Positions 22,098 through 33,521 of a stretch of 64,000 bases of DNA are shown here, piece by piece. The notes below the pieces were generated by a model that saw nothing but the letters and a program-made list of their open reading frames with translations, was not told the origin of the DNA and searched no databases. This DNA comes from Prasinococcaceae sp. CCMP 1430 (taxonomy: Eukaryota; Plantae; Prasinodermophyta): the NCBI GenBank assembly GCA_013416795.1, contig RQSC01000028.1, positions 153,275 to 217,274 of the forward strand, in the 5' to 3' direction. Positions within the stretch are counted from its first letter, which is position 1; every line of letters begins with the position of its first letter. The position numbers were made by a program, and so were the translations under genes.

Positions 22098-25080
22098 TCA
22101 GCTGCTCTCGATGCCGAGCCTCTCCACGGCGGATGGCGGCAGCATGGCGGCGGGGTCGAGCCCGCCGTGAATCACCGACGCCATCGACACGCACGAGCGC
22201 TCGACCTTTGCGATGGGGTTCACACTTTTCTTCACGAGGGTGTCCATGAGCGTGTCGTCAAAGCAGTGTGTGGCAGCCAGCACCACGTGCAGCTCAGCCT
22301 CGGACACTTCCAGCTCGCCGCTTTGGCTCAGCGCGTCAAGCAGGCCGAACGCTTCCGCGCGCGCGGCCTTCTCCTCCTCGGAACCCTTGGCCAACGCGCT
22401 CGTACTCTTGGCGCCCAGCAACTTGGGCTGCGACGCCTTGCTCCAGACGTCAGCTGGCTTGATAATTGTCGCGCGCAGCGCCCCCGAATTCGCCTCGCCA
22501 CCGGCACACGCGGCGTCGAGTCGCGAGGGCAGTGTGGTCAAATCTGCGTAGAGATCCAGGTCCACGGTACCACCTGTTGACGCGGATCCGCCCGCGCCGC
22601 CAACCTGGGCGACGGGCTGCGGGGCAGGCGTGGGTTCCGGCGGCGCCGCGAAGCCCTCCGCAACAACAGGCGCTGCCACGGGCGCCTGAGCCGGGACCGG
22701 AGGGTTAGCCGGGACCGGCGCGTGCCTGGCCATCGCCACCTGTGGCGCGCCTCTGGCCATTACCCTCTGCGCCGCCGCGGCCGGCGCGCCGCCGAACAAC
22801 GTTGACACGGGGGGGGGGGGGCGCACTCCTCTTCATCCGGGTGGCTGTGAACACCTGTTCCAAATCCGCTAAGTCATCACGGCACCCTCCCTCGTCCATT
22901 TGTTCGTCGAACGACCCAACGACGCCCTTTTCGAAGCGGCGCTGCAGCACCGCCTCGTCTGCCTCGGCTTTCTTCTCCTCTGCAATCATCTCGTTCATTG
23001 CGGCGACCTGCGAGCGGACGGCGTCCATCTTGTCCTTGGCACGCGCATCGGCATCGCCGCCGTACGAGAGCAAGTCAGAGGGCATCTGGTACTTCGTAAA
23101 CAAGGTCATGAGGTCACGCGTGAGCTTGATCTCCTTCGTAAGGGCGTCGGGCGGGAGATTGAGGAGGCGCTCCAATTGCGGCTTGACCTGAATGACAGCG
23201 ACGCCGAAGAGCGTCGACGCGAGCTGCATGGCTCGAAGGCCCTTGCAGAACTCCTGCTGTTCGGGGCTGAGGCTCTCAATGGCATCGCGGAACTCCTTCT
23301 GCGTGGGGATCGCGTCCAGCACGAGCGGAATGTCGAGATCATCCTTGTCGCGCACCAGCAGTGCCGCCACGGGCGTCATCTCGTCCGCGGCCGTGATGGT
23401 ACCCGCCACCAGCACGAAGCACGAAAATTGGCGCGCGCGCGCGCGCAGGTGCAGCCGCAGCGCGCCCGAGGACGAGAAGGCGTGGCGCACGATCCCGTGG
23501 ACGTACCGGTCGCCCGTGAAGGCCAACCGCGCCGATGCCGAGAGCTTCACGTGCATGGGCGGCACTGGCCTGCTGCCGTCTCCCAGCCTCGTGGCTACCA
23601 TGGTCTCGATAGGTTTGGAGTCGCCATCGCCGCAGATGCTCAGCTCGCCCTCCGGCGCGTGGCCGGGTCGCCTCACTGCGTAGCAAAAGGGGCGTGGGCG
23701 ATAGGCAGGGCCGAAAAGCGAGCGGCAGTGAAAGGCCATGCACTCTGTGAAGTCCTGCTCGGTCAAGGTGCGTCCAACAGCCGCAGCCACCTGGCGTCGG
23801 AGCATGTCTTCGACGTCAGACACTGCCGACACTACAGAGGTGGCGACATCATATAAGAAGCTTCCCACAGCCGCGCCGACCCACACCTCGGCCGCGGAGC
23901 AGGGCCCGTTCGGCCGCGGCGACGCAGCCGCCTTCCGCCCAATCTGCGTGTGGAGGCTCTCAAGCGAGCGCATCGACTCTCCCAGCAGCGTCGACATGTC
24001 GGCGTCGCTCATCAGCTCGACGTCGTCCGAGTCAGCCCGCGGCAGGACCACGCGCACGGCAGCGACAACATCGGCACATGGAGCGTCGGCAGCGGGTGAT
24101 GCGCTCCCCGCCGACTTACTGGGCGCTCTGCCGTCGGCAAGCGCGAGCGCAGCAGGCACAGCGATGTAGACGCCGCTGGCGACCGCCGCTGCGTGCCTGG
24201 CGAACTTGTCGTCGCCCCCGTAAGGCAACCATCCAGGCACCCATCCAGCTGCGTGGCGATGCTGTTCCGGGTCCAGCGAGCAGATTCCCCTCATGGTGCG
24301 CTTGAGCCCTCCGGCAAAGGCCGCGGCACACTGGAAGTGCTCAACTGCCGCCGAAACCTGAGCGTTGCGCGCGGGAGTGTGGCAGTCCTTGGCAGCTCGG
24401 TCGATTTCGAAGCGGATGGACATGTCCTTTTCGACCTGCCTCAAGAGCCACGTGACGTCCAGATGCAGAACCCACAAGGGAGCCTCCTTGGGGCGCGGAC
24501 TCGTCTCGTTGCCCGTGACGAGTTCCACCGGCTCCGAAGCTCGCCCCGCGAGCATGACGCACGCCCCACCGGCGTCGTCTGGCGCAGCGCCAGTGAAGAG
24601 CCGCAGCTTCCACTCGGCGGACACGGCCCAGACCCATTCCTTCACCTCCCGCCTCACGGACACGCTTCTCTCTCTGGTCTTCTGTCCGAAGCCGAATGGC
24701 CCTCCCGAGCGCTCTTCTGTGACGGTTTCGGTGAGATTCGGCGACTCCTCAACGCGTATGCGATGTCCCATCGGCGTGCAGTGCTCCGCGCCGTCAAGCT
24801 GCAGCGTCACCGTCTTGCCCGCGCGCTGCCACTCGAGCGCCTGCGTGAGGAGCTCATTGCTAAGACCAACCGCCCGTAGCGCCGCGAGCTCTGACGCCGC
24901 TGCCGCGCCCACTGCGGCAGCGACGATGGCGAACTTGTCGCCGTAGGCGTGCGCTGCGTCGCCCGCATAGCGCAGCGGCGCCCTGGCGTCGCCAAGCACA
25001 CGCCTGGCCGCCTGCAGCGCCGCCTGCACCTTCTCGCGGAACGCAGCGTCGCTGAGCGCGAACGCCGCCTCCGACGCCAT
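22098..25080 (-). CDS. Large conserved-looking protist hypothetical protein, split by an apparent 1-nt frameshift in a C13 homopolymer
   Basis: ORFs 25080-22705 and 22826-22098 become one 993-aa ORF if the G13 run at 22809-22821 is G12. The C-terminal part has DLTTLPSRLD...LRATIIK...AFGLLDALSQSGEL...LHVVLAATHCFDDTLMDTLV...NPIAKVERS. Confidence 0.75.
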
Positions 25081-25490
25081 GGCGCGCGGCGCCGAGCGGC
25101 GCGGAGCTGAGGCGGGAGCGAGAGAGGCGCGGTGCTGCGCGCGGGTGCGCGGCGGCGAGCGGTGGCTCCGAGGGCGAGCTCGCGAGCGGTCAGGGCCTAT
25201 GGCCCACGTCGCGCGGGCGCGTCCGGGGCGCGGTGTGGCCGCGCCGAGCAGCGCGCCGCACCTGCGCGCTGTTACGGCGGTACGCGCGCCACCTGTGCAG
25301 CGCGGAAGCTTCCGATTTACAGCGGAACGCTCACGTACATCGTTTTTGATGAGCCCGGCGCATGCATTCGCCGCGCGGGCGTTTTGCGATACGGCGCCTC
25401 ATATTAACTGCCCGCACGAACGGACGCCCAGCGGCAACGTCTTGTCCAATCCGGGTTTCGCGCGCTCGAGCGCGCCGCGCACAGCACACA

Positions 25491-25505
25491 TTTAGGGTAG
25501 GGTTT
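25491..25505. promoter_or_regulatory. Telo-box-like interstitial telomeric motif (TTTAGGGTAGGGTTT) in a divergent promoter
   Basis: Exact TTTAGGG plus a degenerate second unit, between the 5' ends at 25080 (-) and 26046 (+). Confidence 0.5.
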
Positions 25506-26045
25506 GCATGCACAGTACGTACTTGCACGTTGCATGATGGCAGACCAGCTTTGTAGAGAGAGCACACGCGCGCAAGCCGCGCGCCCGGTTTCCACGGCCG
25601 GCGAACTCAAATGCGCAACCCGCCCGGCGAATCGCGTACGCCCGCGCGCCGTCTGAAGGGGCTTTCACCTCAGGCTTGCGCCATCAAGTCGGAGAGATGA
25701 TGTCTCCCGTGGGTATTGAATATGTGGTGTTTATGTGTTGGTTTGTATGGATCCTGCGCGCGGCGCGGCGCCGGGGAGGGCGCGGGCGGCGCGCGCCGAA
25801 ATTCCTCCGCGGTTTTGTGTGCTGGGGAGGGCGGCGGCGGCGGGGTGTTTGCCGTTGCCGCTGCGGCGCCACTCGGCGCCGTGCTCGTGCGAGGCGCGGG
25901 GGCGCGCCGCGAGGGAGGGGCGAGGGAGGGCCGCAGGCGCGCCGAGGCGCTCAAAGCCCGCCGCATCTGGCCGCGCGCGAGTGCGCACGGGGGCGGGGGT
26001 GGGAGGACCAGGCATTGCGGGGTGCTGCGGGAGGGGTGGGTGGCC

Positions 26046-29000
26046 ATGTCGTCGCAGCTGGAGGCCTTCGTGGTCAAATCGCTGAAGACGCTTCGCGCTG
26101 AGGTGCCGCGCAAGGAGGCCAAGCTTCGCGAGGACATTACCGCGTGGCTCGGTACGTGCGCCACTGCCGCGGCGCACGGTGCTGCCGCGGCGTGTGCGCG
26201 TCGAGCGCGATGGCTGGCGCGTGCGGGGCGCCGCGGTGCGGCGCGCGGCTGCGCAATCTGGCAATGGACTCGTTGGGGAACGCTCTGCTCCAGGAGGTGC
26301 TCCCTGCTGCTGCGGAGCGCACGGGCCGGACATGCGGCATGTGATTGTGCGAATTTTACCTGATTGCTGACTCATGGCTGCGTCTGCGGCGCGCCGCTGG
26401 CGCGCCATGCGGGCGCCGCGAGAGCAGATGCGCAGCAGGCATGCGAGCGCGGCGCGGCGCGCGCAGGCTCCACTCCCCCTCCAATGGACATGGAGGGACT
26501 GCAGTCGGTTCTCGAGCGCGCAGTGGGCTGCGGAGCGCCTCGCGCCGTCGCGGTCGCGCTCAGCATCGTGCACCGGCTGATCGCCTACGGCGCCATCGAG
26601 GGAAGGCAGAAGCCGCATCTTGACGACTCGTCCGAGCCATCCTCCCCGACCGCGCCGGCGTCGCAAGGGAATGGGCAGCAAGGGGGCGGGGCTGATCAGC
26701 AGCAGCAGCAAGATCAGGAGCAGGGCCAGCATGCGGATGGGCAGCAGCATCTGCGCGAAGGGCCTGTGCCGCCCGATGCGCTCGAGCGCGCGGTGCAGAT
26801 CACGTGCGAAGCGGCGGAGCAGGGCGACGATGTGATCGATCTGCAGGTGGTCAAGCTGTTGCTGACGGCGGTGAGCCTGCCGAGCGGCGCGGTCGCTGGC
26901 GAGTATCTATTGATGGCGGTGCGCACCTGTTACAACATCGTGCTGGTGTCGGAGGACATCAACATCCAGACGACGGGCACGGCGACGCTGCAGCAGATGC
27001 TTGGCGCTGTCATGCAGCGCTGCGCATTCGAGGCTGCGTCGCGCGCTGCCCTCGAAGAGGACGCGGATGCAGCAAATGGCGTGGGTGGTGCGACATTGGT
27101 GGGGCCGTGCGAGCGCGACGCACTGGTGGTGTTCCGCGCGCTGTGCAAGCTCAGCCTGCGGGACAAGATCGCCGATGGCTCGCCCGACCAGGCGCTGCTC
27201 AACAAGCGCCTCTCCCTGGAGCTCGTGCGCCACATGTATGACCGCGGCAGCGCACCATTCCGAAGCGCGGCAGCGCAAGCCACGTCGGTGCGCGAGGCGA
27301 TGTGCATGGCCATCTTGAGAAATTCGGTGGCTGCGCCGCCCAAGGTGTCGGTGCTCGCCGCGGGCTTGCTCGCCAGCGTGTACGCGCACTCTCGCCATAT
27401 GCTGAAAACCGAGATGGGTGTCATGATACCGGCGGTTGTGCTAGCCCCCATCGAAGCTGTCGCGGGAATCGACGCCTCTCGCACCAAGGGTGAACCTCAG
27501 CAGGCAGCGGCAATGCCGGCGGCGCCCGCAGCTTCGGCGCAGACGAACGGCGGCGGCGGACACGGCGCGGGTGGGTCGGCGGGCGCGGGCGCCGCGATTG
27601 CTTTTGTATCCACCACCGCTGGCTCCGCGCAGGCTCTGGTGGACCTCTTCATCAACTACGACATGGAGGTGTCTGCGGGAGCGGCGCTGTTCGAGCGTTG
27701 CGTCCGTGGTGTGTGCGCAATTGCCTCGGCGGCGACAGCGGCAGCGCAAGTGACGGGTGCGCAGCGCGCGGCTGTCACAGCGGCATGCGCGCTTGCGGAA
27801 CGGCTGGGCGAGTGGGCAGTGAGCGGCGGTGAAATTGACGGCGACGGTGCCGAGTGGGACGCAGGCCACGACGCCGACGCCGCCGCTGCCGCCGCCGGCG
27901 GCGGCGGCAGCGACAGCATCGAATACGAGTCCGTCAAGTCGGCGAAGGCGACGCTGTCGTCTGGCCTGGCGCTTTTCAACGATAAACCAGCGAAGGGCGT
28001 CGCAGCGCTGCTGGAGGCGGGCCACATCGCCGTGGATGGGCGCGGCGCGGACGACGGCGGCGGCGACGCAGGGGCGGCCGCAGCGGTTGCGGCCTTCCTG
28101 GCGCGCGCCGACGCCCTGGGGCTGAGCAAGACATCCGTCGGCGAGTACCTCGGCAGCGAGGATCCAGCCGCCGTTGCTGTGCTAAAGGCGTACATTGCGG
28201 CCATGGACTTCAGCGACCTCTACATCGACGAGGCCATTCGCAAGGCGATCAAGGGGTTCAGGCTGCCGGGTGAGGCCCAGAAGATCGATCGCATAATGGA
28301 GGTGCTTGCGTCGAAGTATTGCGCCGACAACCCGGGGGTGTTCAAGTCCGCCGACACGGCGTACGTCCTGTGCTACTCCATTATGATGCTGCACACCGAC
28401 GCGCACAACCCGCAGGTAGAGAACAAGATGAGCCTCGAGGACTTTCGCAATAACAATGCGGGCATCTCTGAGGTGGAGGAGGTGCCAGTGGGTATGCTCG
28501 ACGGCATCTACGAACGCATCGTTGCCAAGGAGATCAAGCTGCAAGGGGATGACTTCACGTACGCACGTGGCGGCGCCGACCAGAAGCAGCTCGGCGGGTG
28601 GGCGGCCGCGCTCTCTGCGCTTGGCCGCGGCAAGAGCAAGGCGGAGCAGGCGGCCGAAGACGCACAGGCGGCCGTGGCGCGCGAAATGGCCAACATGAAG
28701 CGCGTGCGCGCAGCGGGGCAGACCTACGTGTCTGCGAGGGGCGCCTCGCTGGTGCGGCCGATGCTGCAGGCCGTTGGCAAGGACTTGCTTTGCGCGCTCG
28801 CCTCAGCGTGCAACGGGCCCGTGTTCGCAGCGAAGCTGCTTGGACAGGAGACCCCGGGCCGCGCGGCGGCCGCGGGTGGCAGCAATGGAGCCGGTGCGGC
28901 GCAGGTGCCTCTGCCGCCCCCTGAGGGTGAGGTGCCCACCTTTGCGGCGCGTGCCCTTGCGGCGCTTGCGCGCGCCGCATGTGCGGTGGGTGATGTGGGT

Positions 29001-31459
29001 GTACGGGACGGCGCGTTGGTGACTTTGCGCCGAGCGGCGACCCTCGGCCTTCCGTCGGCGATGCGCTCTCGTGTGTCGGCGATGGCCGCTCACGAGATCG
29101 TCGCGTTGGCGATCAGCTCAGGCGATGGGCTCGGGGAGGACGGCTGGGTGATCGTATTGGAGACGATGAGCCGGACCGAGGCGCTCGCGTTCGAGGATCA
29201 CGGCACGGACGACGCACTGGTCGCGCGGGGTGCTCTGGAGGCGCGCGGGTGCCCCAACCTCGCACCCTCGTCGGTCGTGGCGGAGCAGCGAGCACGCGAA
29301 GCAAATCCGCGCGGTGCAGGGCGCACCGCGCGCGCACAAGCGCAGGCGCTGTGGAGCTGCCGCTCGGAGTCGGCGCGGGTGTGCATCGGCGAGCTCGAGC
29401 GCGCGTGGGGTTCCGAGCCAGGCGCCCTAGCTGCGCGGCTCTGGGCGTCGGCCTCGACGCTGGAGGGCGACGGGCTTGTCGCGCTGGCTCTGGCGCTCTG
29501 CGCGGTGTCGGAGCGAGAGCTCGCCGCGCCGCGCGCTCCGCGTCTGTTCCTGCTTCAGGGCTTGGTCGAGACGGGCCACTACGCCGCCAGCGCGAGCGCC
29601 AAATTGGTTTGGGGTCGCGTGTGGGGTGCTATGGCGGGGCTCTGCATGAACGCAGGGTGCAGGCCGGAGGAGGCTGTGGCGCTGCGCGCGGTGGACTCGC
29701 TCAGGGCACTCGCAAGCCGCCTGCTCTGCCGCCTCGATGCCGAGGAAGCGGAGGCCCCACAGTCGGGCCCCGGTGGCGCGGCGGACGCGGGAAGTCCCGC
29801 TCCTGGGGCTGGCGCCGGCTCGCTCGCGCTACAGAACGAGATCTTGCGCCCTTTTGCGGCCATTGCACGACGCGCGCGTGGCGCGGCTGCGCGTGAGCTG
29901 GCAGTGACAGCGGCCGTGCGGCTTGCCTGTGGTGGCGGCACCGACAGTGGCGCGCCGCTGCGCTCGGGCTGGCGTTCAGTGCTCGCGGCACTCACCGCTT
30001 CGGCATTCGATGCCGATGCCAACGTGGTACGCGCTGGCCAGGTCGCACTGCGCTTCGCGTTCGATCGCGGGCTGTCGCAGAGCCCGAGTCTGCTCTTCGG
30101 TGACGCCAGCGATGCGTTGTTCGCAGATTGCGTCGCATGCATGGCTGCCTTCGCATGCGCGCCTCCTGCCGACGCCGACGCTGCCTTGGTCCTCTTCGGT
30201 GCCATCGCGGAGATGCTGGCTGGTCTTCCCGCACTGCCGCGTGCGCGCACCGACTCGCCGCAGCAGGGCCAGCTCAAGGGCGGCAAGCCGCAGCATATTA
30301 CCGGCGCAGAGGTGCGCTGGTGGATGCTTTGTGACGCGCTGGTGGGCATCGCTGCGCAGTGCGAGTCGTCGCGTCGCGCGCCAGCTATCGGCGCGCTCTT
30401 CGCGCTGCTCACGCGCCACGCATCAACGCTGGACGGGTCCTTCTGGGCGAGGGTGTACGAGCGCGTGGTCTCGCCGTTATTTGAGGTTGGTAGGGGTGTG
30501 GCGGGGACCGAGGCTTCGGACGTGTGGATGGCGGCGACCGTCGAGGCCACGCTCACCCCGCTCGTTGCGCTCCTCGGCTCATGCGAGCCTGCCATGCGCG
30601 CCATGACCGGCAAAGTGTCCGAGCTCCTCGGCGAGCTCCTGCTCGGGCCGTGGAGCGTGCAAGAGCTCGCTGGTGCGCAACTGCGCGCATTGTGCTGTGC
30701 GCTCTCGGCGCTGGGCGCTGGCGAAGAGCCGTGGGCGGCCACGATGGAGGCGCTGGAGAGCGCGGCGAGTGCGCTCGCGCCCGTGGCCAGCCAGCACGCA
30801 GGCGGTGAGGGTGGCACGCCTCTGAGCCCCGACTCAGAGCTAGCTGCGATTGCCTCGTCGCACGACGCGCTCTTCCAGAGCGATGAATCGGCGGCGAGCG
30901 ATGGGGGCGCTGTCACGAGTGCTGGCGCAGGCGCCGCAGTGAACGTGCTGCACACGGTTGGCTCGCTCGCACTCACGCGCGCGGTGGCCACGGTCCTCAC
31001 CGAGTGCGGTTCCACCATCCCAGGGGGCGCACGTTTTAGTTGTAGGGAGCTGCTCGGGCGCCTCGCCCGCGATGCGGGCGCGATGCTCGCCTCTTCGTCA
31101 GGGGGCGCCCGCGATGCGACGCTGGACCCGATGGCGGTGGACGTGCTCGCGCAGCAGGAGGCGGAGGCAGGCGAGGTGTACATGTCCATGCTGATGATGG
31201 AGATGGACGACGGTGGCGCGACGTCCGCAGCCGCCGAGGCGTCCTTCGTCTCTTTCGCCAGCGTCGCGCTGCGCTCCGCCTCGCGGAAGGGCGGGCACAC
31301 CGCACCGTGTGCGGCCGCTGCGCGCGCGCTGCGGCAGGCCGGCAGCCGCGGCAGCGCTCGACGATGGCTGCGGCCATCGCGCACGCCGACGCGCCCGCGC
31401 GAAACGCCATCGCCGACACCATGGAGGCCGTCGTCGGCCCGCGCGTGGCCGCGGGGTGA
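26046..31459 (+). CDS. Large ARF guanine-nucleotide exchange factor, BIG/Sec7 family (DCB-HUS-Sec7-HDS)
   Basis: Sec7 motifs FRLPGEAQKIDRIME and TAYVLCYSIMMLHTDAHNP, HUS-like LVDLFINYD, and HDS-like LRSGWRSV. Exon 1 is 26046-26151 and exon 2 starts at 26467. The exact C-terminus is uncertain (probably ...AVVGPRVAAG* at 31459 in a shifted frame). Confidence 0.92.
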
Positions 31460-31870
31460 CCGGCCCGCCGCGGGCCCAGGCAGGAGGCGGAAAGGCGCGC
31501 CACCCTGCGCCAGCCCCTCACCTGTAATGAGCGCTACAAACCGCATCGAGCACACATGCTTGAAAAGTTTGCGGGCATTGACAGTGACTTTCGCAGGCGT
31601 GCGCGACCTCCGATGCGATATCAAAAAGCATGCAACGACGGCCCGTGGGACGCGCGCGCCGCGGTACGCAGCGTGGCAGCCGCCACACGGCGCGCTCGCG
31701 GCGGGGCGCGGCGGCTGCTCACAGAGATATGTACGTGAACGCATCCGACCGCTCGCTAGGGCGGGCCATCCTTCTTCACGCCGCGCGTTGCCACGGGCGC
31801 TTCGCTGGCAGCGCGCGGTTTACCCACCCGAGCCTTCGCGGGTTTTGTGCGACGCATTGACAGGACGGGG

Positions 31871-33351
31871 ATGACGATGCGCACCTGCGGCATGGCGGCA
31901 GGTGTCACCACCGTCGCCGTAGCGGCATTGGCTGCGAGTGCGAGCGCTTATGACTTCGCGTGCTCGAATGCCGGGTGCGAGTGCAGCGGGTCAAACTGCG
32001 GCAAGAGTGTTTTCCACTGGACGAGGTAAATGCGCCCGCGTGCAACGCGCCTGCGCGCAGGCACACGCACACGGTGTGTCGTGTGCTCGCTTTGCGTGTG
32101 CGAATCTCTCAAGGTGTCTGACATCCCGTGCTCTCCTCCTTAAAGCTGGTGCCGAGTTGACAAGATGTGCACGGGCGCCAACTATTACGACCCATGGTTC
32201 GGCAGGTGCGTGGGCGCGTGCGTGCACGGATATAGTTTGTCGGGTGCGATGACGTGCTCACATCACGCACACGCTCGCTTGCTAATGCCCCACCCACATA
32301 CACACGCGCGCTCCGCGACGTCCGTCCGCACACGTGCGCGTGTCTCTCCAGCCCCTACTGGTGGCAGGATTGCAACGCAGCCCCGCGCTGCGATGACGTT
32401 TCACCGCCCGTTTGTAGGCACTGTTCGGACATCTTCCCGCCGCCCACACCTAATGTCACTGAGGACGTTCCGCCGCCCGCACCCAACGCTACCGTCGAGG
32501 AAGAGGTTTCCACCGAGACCGAGGCAACTGCGGCCCTTCCCATGCCCGCGTCAGACACCTCAACGGATGCGATCGAGGATCCGAACTCGACTGCACCGAT
32601 CATCGTGGTTCCTCTCGACCTCCCTGACTGTGGGACTGCGCAGCAGGACATAGCTTTCTACTTTCGGCCGAGTGCAGGCGCCGGTGACAGCGGTGAGAAT
32701 GCGACGGCTGTGAGCAAGCAGGCGGGGACCGATCAGTCGACCCTCGACCTCATGGTCTCTTCGCGCGTCGCCATTGGCGCGCTCTCCGGAGCGCTCGACG
32801 ACTGTTCTGGGAACCCGCTCGCCACTGTTGGGGCTGACGGAGGTGTGCTCGGCGAGGCTGGCTTTGTTTGGCAGGCTGTCGACAGCAGCAACGGCCTGTT
32901 CGCGTTCGTCAACGCTGAGGGAGCAAGTGTCCCGCCAAACACCGTGCCCGCTCCTGACGCGGCACCGGGCACGGGCGATGCGCAGTCGACGGCATCCTCT
33001 GAGAACGGCGGCGACCCATCCGCGCCAATAAAGGAAGTCTCAGCCGCGACCCAGCTCGCGGCTGCGAAGCAGGCTGACGCAAACGTGTACGAGACTGTTG
33101 TGTTTGGCAACCGTACATTTCACCTCTTCTCCCGGCTGCACTTCGACCTACCCACGCGAGCAGCCTGCGCACAGGAGCCCATGGGCGTGGCGGTATTCGC
33201 GCACTCTGCGCTGTCCGGCGCGATCGTATCCACTCAGTGCACGCCAGGCGAACCCGAGCAGTTTGGCCCTGCTGGTAATGCCTCCAACGCCCTGGCCGAA
33301 GAGGAGCTCAACGGAGAGGCGGCAGCCATCGCAGCGGCGAAGAGCCCGTGA
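31871..33351 (+). CDS. Secreted protein with N-terminal Cys/Trp-rich module, Pro/Thr/Glu linker and unknown C-terminal domain (404 aa)
   Basis: Signal-like VTTVAVAALAASASA. Exons 31871-32025, 32146-32205, 32352-33351 join in frame: ...FHWTS|WCRVDKMC...WFGS|PYWWQDC... Confidence 0.8.
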
Positions 33352-33521
33352 GGGCGCCGAGCTGAAGCGGACACCACACCAGCCAGAGGCGGCCCTACCA
33401 TGAAGCCGGATGAGAGAGAGAGATGCCGATTCGTCACTGTGATATGATTAAAATGCCTTCATTTCGAACTGCCCGCACGAAGTCGAACGCTCCTCGCGTT
33501 CGAGTCATGCCGCATGCGCGG

